Shown in pieces: positions 1 to 9,884 of a DNA stretch of 64,000 bases; within the stretch, counting starts at the first letter, position 1, and every line of letters starts with the position of its first letter. The notes below the pieces were generated by a model. The model was given only the letters and a program-made list of their open reading frames with translations, made no database searches and was not told the origin of the DNA. Origin of the DNA: Anaerolineae bacterium (GTDB lineage Bacteria > Chloroflexota > Anaerolineae > Aggregatilineales > JAFGMM01). Location: the NCBI GenBank assembly GCA_027494055.1, contig JAOSJO010000023.1, positions 377,919 through 441,918 of the forward strand, written 5' to 3'. The translations under genes and the position numbers were made by a program.

Positions 1-1169
1 CGCCCAGGTGAACTTGGCAAAGAGCACGACCCCTCACGCCCATCGCCTGAATGTGGGCGATGGCCTCTCTTAGCTCCGCGAACGTGCCCAGGCGTGGGTC
101 GGGGTCATGCGCGGGGTTGCCCTGGTCCTGCCCCCCCATCGTTCCACCCGACCAACTGGATCGCCTTGACGCCGTGCCGCGCGCACGCCTCACCGACCCT
201 GGGGAGATCGACGAAGCGCATCCGCAGTTCGTCCTCCGGCGAGTTGATGTGAAGCTGCTGCCAGGCGTGCGGCGCGCGCGCCCAGGCCGGAACCGGCGGC
301 CTGGACATCCAGCCATCGCGCCACGCCTTGTAGATGTCCACGCCCCGCTGCCAGCCGCCCTGAAAGACCTCCAGCGCGACCGGCGTGAGGGCGCGCCGCT
401 CGCCGGGCTGGATGTAGGGCATGTGCACGGCGGCGAAGCGCGTCGCCACGTCCTTGCCGCTGATGGTCGGCGCTTCCGGCACCCGTGCATCGATCGAACT
501 GCTGTAGCCGGGGCGCAGCTCGCAATGCCAGGCGACCAGTTCATAGTCGGCGGCTGCGACGCCGACGTAAAGCCCCTGGTCGGCGCTGCGCATCAGGAAG
601 AACGGCGACATGGGCGCGCCGACACCCGGACTCCAGGGGGCGAACTGCGTGGGGTAATCCACGCCGAAGTAGCCGCGCAGGTTCTGGAAGGTCGGCCAGA
701 GGTCCCACTCCTGAGCGGTCGCGTAGCTGTAGATGAAAGTGCGGAACCACTCAGCCCCAGGGGGGCGTTGCACATCACCGAGATAGGGGCAGTAGACCGT
801 CTCGACGACGTACTCGGAGCGGTTCTCGACCGTCAGCGCGAACACCGCCTGCCGGCCAACCAGCCTGACCTGAAGCGTGACCTCAACATCGTGCGCTCCG
901 CCGCGTTCAGAGGTCACACCCTGCCACACGAGCGTCGCGCTGCGGCGGTCGGGCGCAACTTCGACGGAAGTCACCCTCTGCTTCTCGCCATAGACCGGGT
1001 TGTTGCGACGTTCCTCGGACAGGGGCATGAGCAGGCGGAACGAAAGGCCCAGGTGCGGCCTGTCGAGGATGCGCCAGCCGCTCTGAGGCGCAGACAGGCC
1101 GACGAGCGCGCCGTTCTCGTGTGCAAACTCCAGGCGGAGCGCCTCGCTCTCAAGCGTGAACGTGTCCAT
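1..1169 (-). CDS. putative glycoside-hydrolase-like protein (beta-sandwich + TIM barrel, DUF6259-like). The 3' end runs off the window and the frame is broken twice as assembled.
   Basis: ORF 105..1169 (MDTFTLESEALRLEF...) ends ...LVGWNDGGAGPGQPRA*. Removing one C from the C7 run at 131-137 continues it as WNDGGQDQGNPAHDPDPRLGTFAELREAIAHIQAMGV. Removing one C from the C4 run at 30-33 gives ...RVVLFAKFTWA up to the window edge. The family name is from memory of similar sequences, not from a search. Confidence 0.7.
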
Positions 1170-1200
1170 GTTTGGCGGCTCCCTTCAGAGAGGTGAGGGA

Positions 1201-1888
1201 TCACCCATGCTGAATCGACGCCCAGAGCGCCATGTCGAAGGGGGCTTGCCGCGAAGGACAGTGCTCGCGCTGGCAGAGCTGGCACGTCTGGAAATCGACC
1301 TCGGTCGGGGAAGCGGACTCCCGACACCGACTGGTTGGGCACCATCAGATAGGAATCGGTCAGTCTGACGCCGATCAGGCCATCCACGTCGCCGAGGAGC
1401 GAGAACAGCTCGCGCTGCTGCTCGATGGGCCACACATTCACGTCGCCAGAGCCAGGACTCATAAACGACGCCTTGGCGAGCCGGTACTTGCGGTCAAGCA
1501 GGCCGGTCAGATAGCTCATGCTGACGCCCAGCAGCGCCGATTTGATCGTGTCCCGCCAGAACCGCCGCATGAAGTCGTCGGGCGGAATGTCGATCTGGTC
1601 GATCTCGGCGCCGCAGGTCGCTACGAAGGCAAAGAGGTGCTCTACGCCGTCCAGGTTCATGCGGAGCGCGCGGCTCGTGAATGTCACATGGTCCACCGTG
1701 ACGCTGTCGCCCACTCTTGCCTCGACAAAGCAGCGCCGGTAGAGCGCCTTCGGTCTGGCGACCCGCTGCGCTTCGTCCACCAGTTCATAGAAGCGCCGTG
1801 CGTCATCGGAATCTGCCGCCAGGTGGACGTTCTGCGCAAGCGCGTCGGCGTCAAGGGTGAAGGGGATATCGCGAAGGGCTTCGAGCAT
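1201..1888 (-). CDS. methionine-synthase activation-domain-like (Met_synt_B12 family) protein, frameshifted as assembled
   Basis: The plausible start is MLEALRDIPFTLDADAL inside ORF 971..2005. After ...NQSVSGVRFP the frame is lost at the G4 run 1307-1310. Removing one base gives FPTEVDFQTCQLCQREHCPSRQAPFDMALWASIQHG*, with the stop at 1201-1203. Confidence 0.65.
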
Positions 1889-2150
1889 GGGCGTGTTCCA
1901 GGCCTCCAGGACTATGGATCGGCGGTGTGCCACCAGAGTGTATTCCAAACGGCGGGTTTGACAAATATCCACGGCGGCATGGCGTTGTCTACGGCGCAGC
2001 CGCACACAGAGACGAGTAGGCCGTGCGGGGGCAACCCGGCGGGCCGCACCTTGACCTGCCCCTAAGCCGCCACAACTGGGAGCGCCCCGCGAGCCTGGGG
2101 CTTGCGGGGGCGCTATGGGATGCCGCTCTCAGGGAGGGCGTCCCGCCGGC

Positions 2151-3245
2151 TCATTCCGGGTAGAGCGCCCTGCCGCTGTCCCGATCGATCCAGCGGATCT
2201 TGTCGGCGGGGAAGCGCAGCCAGATGTCGGAATCGGCGGCCACGTTGAAGTCGGGGTGGGTCGAGACTTTGATGACATCCCCGTGCACCTGGATGGTCAG
2301 CAGGTTCTGCGACCCAAGCGGCTCGACCACGAGCACCCGCACCTTGAGCGCATCCTCCGCCGGCGTGTTGAGCGCATCCATATTTTCGGGCCGGATGCCG
2401 ACGACAATCGGCTTGCCATCGTAGGCGTTTAGCAGCGGCGTCATCACCGGCGCGGGCGTGAGCGCAAAATCGCCGATGTAGGTCTTCAGTTGGCCGTTCT
2501 CGCGCCGGACCTCCCCCACCAGGAAGTTCATCGGCGGCGTCCCGATGAAGCCACCGATAAACTGGTCGGCGGGCATGTCGTAGACCCGCGTCGGTGTGTC
2601 GATCTGCAGGATTGCGCCGTCGCGCATCACGGCGATGCGGTCGCCCATGCTCAGCGCCTCGACCTGGTCATGCGTGACGTAGATGGTGGTACTGTTGATC
2701 TCCGCCAGCAGGCGCTTGAGTTCGGCGCGCATCTCCAGGCGCAGCAGGGCGTCCAGGTTGGAGAGCGGCTCGTCCATCAGCAGCACCTCGGCCTGGACGG
2801 CAATCGCCCGCGCCACCGCCACGCGCTGCCGCTGGCCGCCGCTCATCTGCGACGGGTAGCGGTCGAGCATGGTCTCGATGTGCAGCAGCTCCGCCGCCGA
2901 ACGCACGCGCCGCTCGGTTTCGGCGCTGTCCACCTTCCGCATCTTGAGGCCGAAGGCGATGTTGTCATAGACGCTCATGTGCGGGAAGATGGCGTAACTC
3001 TGGAACACCATCGATATTTTGCGGTCCTTCGGCGGCAGATAGGTCACCTCGCGCCCGCCGATGGTGATCCGGCCCGAATCGGCAAGGCCCAGCCCGGCAA
3101 TGGCGCGCAGCAGCGTGGTCTTGCCGCAGCCGCTCGGCCCCAAGAGCACGACGAACTCCTGGTCGTGCACTGTCAGGCTCACATTGTCCACCGCCCGGAC
3201 CTTGCCGAACGTCTTCACCACGTTTTCGCACTTGATCTCTGCCAT
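2151..3245 (-). CDS. sugar ABC transporter ATP-binding protein (MalK/UgpC type)
   Basis: Intact 364-aa ORF. It has Walker A GPSGCGKTT, signature LSGGQRQRVAVARA, Walker B LLMDEPLSNLD, and a C-terminal MalK-like regulatory domain. Confidence 0.95.
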   Translation of the reverse strand: MAEIKCENVVKTFGKVRAVDNVSLTVHDQEFVVLLGPSGCGKTTLLRAIAGLGLADSGRITIGGREVTYLPPKDRKISMVFQSYAIFPHMSVYDNIAFGLKMRKVDSAETERRVRSAAELLHIETMLDRYPSQMSGGQRQRVAVARAIAVQAEVLLMDEPLSNLDALLRLEMRAELKRLLAEINSTTIYVTHDQVEALSMGDRIAVMRDGAILQIDTPTRVYDMPADQFIGGFIGTPPMNFLVGEVRRENGQLKTYIGDFALTPAPVMTPLLNAYDGKPIVVGIRPENMDALNTPAEDALKVRVLVVEPLGSQNLLTIQVHGDVIKVSTHPDFNVAADSDIWLRFPADKIRWIDRDSGRALYPE

Positions 3246-3260
3246 CGGTGTCTCCTGTGC

Positions 3261-4142
3261 CTACTTGGTGACCTGGCCCCACATGTTGAACAAATACTTG
3301 CGGACGAAGAAGATGAAGATCAACGCCGGGATCATCATGAAGAACGCGCCCGCAAAGCGATACTCCAACGGCGATTGCCCCAGCGCGGTGAAGATCTGCG
3401 CCGGCAGCGTGCGGTTTCGGATGGTCAGGATGACGGCGGCAAAGACCTCGTTCCACGAGAGCACGAACGTGAAGATCGCCGCCGCCGCGACGCCCGGCGC
3501 AGTCAGCGGCATCACGATGCGCAGGAACGACTGCACGGGCGACGCGCCAAAGACCATCGCCGCCTCCTCCAGCTCGCGCGGCACGCTGGCGAACACGCTC
3601 GCAATCACCAGGATGCTGGTCGGCAGCGAGAGCGCCGTGTGCATCAGCGCCAGGCTCAGCAGGCTGTCGCGCATCTGCAGGTTGATGAACATCACCGCCA
3701 ACGGTATTGCCAGGATCACGATGGGGAAGGCGCGGGTGGAAAGGATGGTCAGGCGGTACACGTCGCGCCCCCGGAACACATAGCGCGAGAGCGCGTACCC
3801 CGCCGGCGCGGAGACTATCGTCGAGAGCACGACCGTTATCAGCGCAACGACGATACTCCGCCCCGTCGATGGGATCACGTCTTGCGAGTTCAGGAAGAAA
3901 TCCATCGTCTCCGTGGAAAAGGGCTGCGGGACAATCGGCTTCGGGAAGCTGCGGACGCCCTGAACCGTGCTGAACGCCATCCCGGCGATCAGGAGGATGG
4001 GCAGCAGAATCCACGCCGCCACGAACACCGCGAGCACGTGGGTCAGGATGCGGTTGCGCTGCCGCCGGCGTATGGCCTGGCGCTGCGCCTCGTCCAGCTC
4101 GGCGACTGTTCTGGTTACTACTGCATCGGTCGTCATGCCCAT
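3261..4142 (-). CDS. carbohydrate ABC transporter permease (MalG/UgpE-like)
   Basis: Intact 293-aa multi-TM ORF with the EAA-loop region RELEEAAMVFGASPVQSFLRIVMPL. It lies directly upstream of the ATPase gene. Confidence 0.9.
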   Translation of the reverse strand: MGMTTDAVVTRTVAELDEAQRQAIRRRQRNRILTHVLAVFVAAWILLPILLIAGMAFSTVQGVRSFPKPIVPQPFSTETMDFFLNSQDVIPSTGRSIVVALITVVLSTIVSAPAGYALSRYVFRGRDVYRLTILSTRAFPIVILAIPLAVMFINLQMRDSLLSLALMHTALSLPTSILVIASVFASVPRELEEAAMVFGASPVQSFLRIVMPLTAPGVAAAAIFTFVLSWNEVFAAVILTIRNRTLPAQIFTALGQSPLEYRFAGAFFMMIPALIFIFFVRKYLFNMWGQVTK

Positions 4143-4151
4143 GCCCTCCTG

Positions 4152-5489
4152 TTAAGCCGCCTGCTCTTCCTGAGTGCGCACCGCGCGCAGGTAGAAGACC
4201 GCCGTGACCATCGAGAGCGTGAGGATCAGCAGCGCGTAGGCGGCGGCGACATGCGGATTCTGCAGTTCCCGGTACCAGCGGTAGGTCTCGTTCGCCATCA
4301 CCGTCAGGCCGCGCCCGGCAATCGCGACGACCACCGCAAACACTTGAAACGCGAGGATGGTGCGCAAGATCAGGGCGACCTGGATGCTCGGCCTGAGCAG
4401 CGGCAGGATGACGTAGCGCAGCCGCTGCCAGAACCCCGCCCCCGAACAGCTCGGCGGCTTCCAGCGTTTCCATCGGGATATTCTGCAACCCCGAAACGAT
4501 AATCACCATGACAATTGAGGTCGCGCGCCAGACTTCGGCGAGCACGATGGCGATGTACATCCAGTGCAAGGAGTCGACGCTGAGGTAGACAGGCGGCGCG
4601 TCGATCAGGCCGAGGCCGTGCAGGAGGCTGTTGAGGTAGCCATTCTGGGTGAAGATCGACAGGAAGACGATGCCCACCGCCAGGTCAGAAACCCCCAACG
4701 GGATCGCGAAGATGTAGAGGAAGATCAGGTTGCCGCGCAGGCGCTGTTGCAGCAGGAGCGCCATCGCGATGGCGAGAATGAACTGGAGCGGCAAGATCAG
4801 CACCAGGAGCACGACCGTGGTGCGGAGCGCGGGCACGAAGTCCCGGTCGACGATCATGCGCTCGATCCACTTCAGCGTCCACTCTCCCGCGTCGCCGCGC
4901 TCAATCAGGCCGGTGACGCCGCCTCGTTTTCGGTGAGGATTTTGATGTACTTACCCTCCACCCAACCCGTGACCGGGTCGCTCCCCTCGGCAGCCCCGCT
5001 GATCTCGTACCAGATATCCAGTTCGGCGCGCTCCAGGATACTGACCTCACCGTCTTCGGGCACCACGCCGACAATCGGGCTGAGCGAGCCGGGCGCTTCA
5101 CGCAGTTCGAGGTCACTGCGGCGCACAACCCCCACATCCGGCGTCTCGTCCTCGACCCGGAGGCGCCGCTCACCGCCCCACCCCTCAATCACTGCGCCGG
5201 TGGCGTCCTCACCGCTGAGGCGCAGCCAGACATCCGGCTCGTCGAGGGGGTTCTCAGGCTCAAACGGGACGCCCTGGTTGCCCAGCACGCTGACCTGCAA
5301 GCTCTGCGGCAGTTGCCCGATTGACGCATCGCTCCCCGGCTCAGGGTGGATCACCAGCACGGAGTCATCCGTGCGCAGCGCCAGCGTGATCGACTGCACC
5401 ATCGGCCAGGCGAAGAAAATCGCCATGAAGATCAGCGACGGCGCCAGCAGCATATAGGGAACCCACCAGAGTTTCTTCGTGCTTTTCAC
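4152..5489 (-). CDS. carbohydrate ABC transporter permease (MalF-like) with a large extracytoplasmic insertion, two frameshifts as assembled
   Basis: Three ORF pieces join into one permease: 4905..5489 (MKSTKKLWWVPYMLLAPSLIFMAIFFAWP...), the MIVDRDFVPALRTTVV... part of 2965..4857, and 4152..4367. The breaks are near 4917-4924 and at the C5 run 4439-4443. Corrected, the second reads EAAELFGAGFWQRLRYVILPLLRPSIQVALILRTILAFQVF. Confidence 0.85.
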
Positions 5490-5576
5490 GGGCCCCTCCT
5501 CTGAGAAAAACCTTGAACGTTGCCTTCCCGGCGCACCCGCTACTCTGCCGCCAGCGCCGGGCCGGCGATGTGGACA

Positions 5577-5600
5577 GGGGCACGGCGCGCGCCGTGCCCC
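5577..5600 (-). promoter_or_regulatory. perfect 24-nt GC palindrome (hairpin) immediately after the SBP gene
   Basis: ggggcacggcgcgcgccgtgcccc is its own reverse complement. It lies between the SBP stop (5619) and the permease start (5489) and has no U-tract. Confidence 0.6.
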
Positions 5601-5618
5601 TTGACGGTCAAACCGGTG

Positions 5619-6911
5619 CTAATCGATCTGGCAGATGCCCTCGCTCGGCGGGTCGGGCGGCCAGCAAGCCGCGCCGGTGTCGTCCAGGAGCGCCTGGATA
5701 TTGGCGGCCTCCTCGTCCAGCACGGTCTGGATGTCCTCACCGTCGATCACGATGCGCTCGAAGGCAGCGCGGAAGATCTCGTTCAGTTCGCCGCCGCGCT
5801 CACCGAGGCCGACAGGCAGCAGCGCTGGCAGCGCATTCGGGCTGTTCGCCTGCGCCGTCACGGCCTCCGCCTCGATGGCGACCTCGACGGGCAGCTCTGT
5901 CATATCGACGCCGCTGACGACCGGGAAGAAGGCCAGGTCGCGCAGGACGGCGGCCTGGGTGTCGGGCTGGGTCATGTAGTCAATCAGCGCCATCGCGCCA
6001 TCGGGGTTGGGTGCGGTCTTGGGGATGGAGAGGCCGACGATCACCGGCATGAAGCCAAGCCCCGCCGGGCCGGACGGCGCCGGGAAGGCCACGAAGTCGT
6101 CCGGGGCCTCGCGGAACGCCTCGATCAGGCGCGCGGTGTGGTCAAACGCCACCCAGACCTCACCGGCCAGCAGCGGCTCCTGCATGAAAGCATAGGAGGT
6201 TGACTGCCGATGGATGTTCGGCCAGAGCGTGTCGCGGAGGAACTCGAACATCTCCACCGCCGCCTCGCTCTTGAACTGCGTCACCATGCCGCCGGTGTAC
6301 GACGGGTAGATGTAACCCTCCAGGAAGCGGTGCCACAGGCCACCCTCGCCGAGCGGGAAACCGCAGCGCGCGGAGCCGGTCTCGTCGGTGATGTTCTGGC
6401 ACCACGCGGCAAGCTCGTCCCACGTCATCGCGTTGATGTCCACGCCGTCGGGCAGGTATTCCAGCGCATCCACATGGGCGGCCATGATGTACGTCGCCTG
6501 CATCCACGGGATGTAGTACTGGTAATCGTCGGTGCCCATCAGGCCCAGCTCGACGAAAGCCTCGGCCAGTTCGCGGTCCGCTTCCAGGTCATCCAGCAGG
6601 TCGGTGAGTTCCATCAGCAGGTCCTCGCGCGCCAGCGTGGGGTACCCGCCGTGCAGGATGCCGACCACATCGATGGTGCCCGCGCCCGCTGCGGCCTCGG
6701 CGCGGATCAGGTCGATCAACTCGCCTTCCTGAAGGTTGCTGAAGTACTCAACATCGCCGAACTCGCCCAGGATTGCCTGGAACTTCTCGTTCTCCTCTAC
6801 CGGCGTGAACTGCGTGCCGTAGAAGACAACCCCGTCCTGGGCCAGCACGACAACCGTGCTCAGTACGAGTACGGCGGCGATGAAGGTCAGGCCAAATCGC
6901 TTGAACGTCAT
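5619..6911 (-). CDS. ABC transporter extracellular solute-binding protein (family 1, sugar type)
   Basis: Intact 430-aa ORF. The N-terminal signal or anchor is MTFKRFGLTFIAAVLVLSTVVVLAQDG. It is the first transporter gene after the LacI regulator. Confidence 0.9.
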   Translation of the reverse strand: MTFKRFGLTFIAAVLVLSTVVVLAQDGVVFYGTQFTPVEENEKFQAILGEFGDVEYFSNLQEGELIDLIRAEAAAGAGTIDVVGILHGGYPTLAREDLLMELTDLLDDLEADRELAEAFVELGLMGTDDYQYYIPWMQATYIMAAHVDALEYLPDGVDINAMTWDELAAWCQNITDETGSARCGFPLGEGGLWHRFLEGYIYPSYTGGMVTQFKSEAAVEMFEFLRDTLWPNIHRQSTSYAFMQEPLLAGEVWVAFDHTARLIEAFREAPDDFVAFPAPSGPAGLGFMPVIVGLSIPKTAPNPDGAMALIDYMTQPDTQAAVLRDLAFFPVVSGVDMTELPVEVAIEAEAVTAQANSPNALPALLPVGLGERGGELNEIFRAAFERIVIDGEDIQTVLDEEAANIQALLDDTGAACWPPDPPSEGICQID

Positions 6912-6989
6912 CTCTCACTCCTCCTGTCAATCAGGATAACTCGGCATCACATGGATTGGTTTCAACAGGTTGCATCTGTCAGTGGCAGT

Positions 6990-8013
6990 TCACCTCCTCG
7001 ATCCTACGCGGACGCCAGACGATTCACGCACTACCAGCTCCGGCTTGAGCAGCACGTGCGCGTCGTCGAGCGGCTCGCCGTTGATGACCCGGATCAACAT
7101 CCGGCACGTGAGCCGCCCGATCTCATAGATTGGCTGGCGCACGGTGGTGAGCGGCGGGTTGGCGTACTCGGCGTCAGGCACGTCGTCGAACCCACCCACA
7201 ACAACATCGACGCCGACCTCCAGGCCACGCTGGCGGATGGCGCTCATCACGCCAAACGCCATCGTGTCGTTGCCCGCCAGGATGGCGGTTGGCGGCGGGT
7301 CGAGTTCGAGCAGCACGTCGGCGCAGCCGGCCCCGCCGCGCTGGGTCAGGTGGCCGGGCACCACGAGGCGCTGGTCATAGGGGAGGCCGTTTGCCTCCAG
7401 CGCGTTGCGGTAGCCGGCGATGCGGTGCCGGGTGAAGTTGAGGTCGAGGGGGAGACGCGGCATAGGCAATGCGGCGATGGCCCGTGTCGATGAAGTGCTG
7501 CGTCAGGAGCTGCATCCCGAACGTGCCGTCCACATCGACATAGGGGAAGTCCTCGCGGCGGGCGCGCCCGAAGGCGACGAACGGCGTCCCCTTCTTGATC
7601 AGGTAATCGATGCGCGCGTCCTCGTGGCGCGTGCGCACCACGATCAGGCCGTCGGTCCGCCCGCCTTCCATGCGGCGGTAGGCGTCCAGCTCGCCGGGGC
7701 CGGGCGGCTGCGTGCTCACCAACAGGTCGAAGTTGTGCTCCGCCGCCTCGTTGCCGACGCCGGCCAGCAGTTCGCTGAAAAACGGGTCAGAGAATCGGGG
7801 GCCAAAGGTGGGGATAATCAGCCCGACGGTGTTGGCGCGCTGGAAGCGCAGTTGGCGCGCGGCCTCATTCGGGCGGTAGCCGAGACGCTCCGCCGTATCC
7901 TGTATCAGGCGGCGGGTGGACTCGGCAACGTCATCATAGCCGGCCAGCGCGCGCGAAACCGTGGTAACAGAAAACCCCGTCTCGCGGGCGATGGTCTTCA
8001 GCGTGACACGCAC
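6990..8013 (-). CDS. LacI-family transcriptional regulator, frameshifted as assembled
   Basis: ORF 7375..8013 has the HTH TIARETGFSVTTVSRALAG. After ...GHRRIAY (about 7462-7476) the effector-domain sequence continues in ORF 6990..7469 (LPLDLNFTRHRIAGYRNALEANGLPY...GNDTMAFGVMSAIRQRGLEVG...). Confidence 0.9.
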
Positions 8014-8037
8014 CGGTTACTCCGTGTGTCGAATTAA

Positions 8038-8051
8038 CCAAAACGTTTCGG
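8038..8051. promoter_or_regulatory. LacI-type operator palindrome O2 (CCAAAACGTTTCGG)
   Basis: A 14-mer that matches its own reverse complement at 12 of 14 positions, with a perfect AAACGTTT core. It lies just downstream of the -10 box of the lacI-operon promoter. Confidence 0.65.
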
Positions 8052-8060
8052 ACATTTTTC

Positions 8061-8088
8061 ATTATAGTCCAAAACGTTTCGGAGTCAA
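8061..8088 (-). promoter_or_regulatory. sigma70-type promoter of the LacI/ABC operon
   Basis: Read on the minus strand: TTGACT (8083-8088), a 16-nt spacer, then TATAAT (8061-8066). A GGAG Shine-Dalgarno precedes the GTG start at 8013. Confidence 0.7.
8069..8082. promoter_or_regulatory. LacI-type operator palindrome O1 (CCAAAACGTTTCGG)
   Basis: Identical 14-mer, 31 bp from O2. It fills the spacer between the -35 and -10 boxes. Confidence 0.65.
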
Positions 8089-8153
8089 CTTGAGATTGAC
8101 GAAAGTAGTCGGGAAGTTAAGTAAAGAAACGACAAAGGGCCGCCGGCCTGTCC

Positions 8154-8960
8154 TTACGGCTGGCCCACCACCCGCAACTGCTGCGCTGGGCTGAAGAACG
8201 CGCGATAGGTCAGGAAAGCGGCGCTCAGGCCGGTGAAGGTGTTCGCGCCGACCAGCATGTACATTACGATAAGCTGGAGCTGCACCGCCTCGATGGGCGA
8301 CGCGCCGGCGAGAATCATGCCCGTCATCGCGCCGGGCAGCTTGATGAGGCCGACGGTCTTGGTGGTGTCAATGATAGGCACCATCGCGCTCTGCAGAGCG
8401 CGGCGGAACTGCGTCAGCGAGGCCTGCCGCCCGGTTGCGCCCAGCGCCAGCTTCGTCTCGACCTCATTGCGCTGCGCGGCCAGGTCATCGGACAGGCGCA
8501 CGATGACGAGTGTGGCGGTGGTCATCGCGTTGCCGACGATCATGCCGCCGATGGGGATGATGGCCTGCGGCGTGAAGGCAAACACATCCAGCAGCACCAG
8601 CACCCCGATGGTCAGCGCCGTGCCAAAGCCAATCGACACCAGCGCGATCAGCGTCGCGCGCGGCGTGTTCTCGCCGCGCCGCCCCGTCGTGCGCGCGGCA
8701 ATCAACACCATCACGCCGAGCAGGAGCAGCGTCCAGACGGGGTTGTCCTGCTGGAAGATCAGCTCCAGCAGATAGCCGATGGCGATCAGTTGCACGAAGC
8801 TGCGCACAGTCGCCCAGAACAGGTCTTTCTCCAGGTCGGCCCGCTGCCAGCGCGAGATCAGCGCGGCCACCGCCACGAACAGCATCGCCAGCAGGACGCG
8901 CGAGAGGTCGCCCAGGCCGGCAAACAGGTCGCCGCCAAACAGGTCGTTGAGGATTTCCAT
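8154..8960 (-). CDS. fetB: iron-export ABC transporter permease FetB (YbbM/UPF0014 family)
   Basis: Intact 268-aa ORF, colinear with E. coli FetB as I remember it. Matching segments include IPIGGMIVGNAM, KLALGATGRQAS, TVGLIKLPGAMTGMILAG and LTYRAFF. Confidence 0.85.
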   Translation of the reverse strand: MEILNDLFGGDLFAGLGDLSRVLLAMLFVAVAALISRWQRADLEKDLFWATVRSFVQLIAIGYLLELIFQQDNPVWTLLLLGVMVLIAARTTGRRGENTPRATLIALVSIGFGTALTIGVLVLLDVFAFTPQAIIPIGGMIVGNAMTTATLVIVRLSDDLAAQRNEVETKLALGATGRQASLTQFRRALQSAMVPIIDTTKTVGLIKLPGAMTGMILAGASPIEAVQLQLIVMYMLVGANTFTGLSAAFLTYRAFFSPAQQLRVVGQP

Positions 8961-8980
8961 GCCACTCGCCTCCGGTTGAC

Positions 8981-9733
8981 TCAGGCTGCGCCGGGACCGG
9001 CCTTGGCGCGCGCCGGTTCCTGCCCCTCCATGAAGGCCTTCAGGCGCGGGTCGGCGCTTTCAGCGTCGAGCATCGCCTGCGCCGCGCCCACGCTGACGAC
9101 GCGCCCCTCGTCGAGGAAGAGCACGCGGTCGCCGACGCGGCGCGCCTGCTCGACCGCGTGCGAGACCCACACCATCGTCAGGCCAAGCTGCTCGCGGAGC
9201 GATTGCAGCGACGCCTCCACGTGCTTCGTCGCCACCGGGTCCAGCGCGGAGGTCGGCTCGTCGAGCAGCAGCACCTCCGGCTGGTTCGCGAGCGCCCGCG
9301 CCACCGCGAGCCGCTGCTCCTGCCCGCCCGAAAGCTCGCGCGCGGGCCGGTCGATCAGGTCAGCGTCCAGCGCCGCCAGCTTCATGAGGCGGGCGATCTC
9401 GTCGCGACTGAGCGTCTTGCCGCGCGCGCGCGGCCCGTAGGCGATGTTCTCGGCCACGGTACCCCCAAAGACCGCCGTCTTCTGGAACACCATACCCACG
9501 CGGCAGCGCAGCGTCGTCACCGGTATGGTCGTGATGTCCTGCCCGCGCAGGAACACCGTGTCGGGCGCTGGCTCCTCAAGGCGGTTCAGGCAGCGCAGCA
9601 GCGAGCTTTTCCCGCCCCCGCTGGGACCGATGACCATGAGGACCTCGCCCTCTTCGATGCTCAGACTCACGTGATGCAACACGCGCTCCCCGCCGCGCGC
9701 CAGCGACAGGTCGCGCACTTCGATCACAGACAT
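8981..9733 (-). CDS. fetA: ABC transporter ATP-binding protein FetA-like
   Basis: Intact 250-aa ORF with Walker A GPSGGGKSS, signature LSGGQEQRLAVARAL and Walker B LLLDEPTSALD. It lies directly upstream of fetB. Confidence 0.85.
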   Translation of the reverse strand: MSVIEVRDLSLARGGERVLHHVSLSIEEGEVLMVIGPSGGGKSSLLRCLNRLEEPAPDTVFLRGQDITTIPVTTLRCRVGMVFQKTAVFGGTVAENIAYGPRARGKTLSRDEIARLMKLAALDADLIDRPARELSGGQEQRLAVARALANQPEVLLLDEPTSALDPVATKHVEASLQSLREQLGLTMVWVSHAVEQARRVGDRVLFLDEGRVVSVGAAQAMLDAESADPRLKAFMEGQEPARAKAGPGAA

Positions 9734-9884
9734 GGGCCACGCTCCCTTTCGACAGCAGTGCCGGGACGGAGTCTAGCACGGCGCGGCGCGTTTGGGCACT
9801 GGCCCGGCCCGTGCGCGCTTACGCATTTCGGCGGAATACGGTAAGATCGTGCGAGACTGAGGGGGCTTGATACAGGCGGAGATC

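Noticed and set aside
2081-2114. Imperfect GC hairpin after the ABC ATPase gene, considered as an intrinsic terminator
   Set aside because: It has no U-tract on either strand, and the stem has a bulge and a mismatch. I mention it only as a possible RNA-stability element.
2490-4857. Long ORFs 2490..4502 (+, 670 aa) and 2965..4857 (-, 630 aa)
   Set aside because: The plus-strand ORF is antisense to the ATPase and permease genes. The minus-strand ORF starts as genuine permease sequence. After the frameshift at 4439-4443 it runs out of frame through the downstream genes, so it is a chimera and not a protein.
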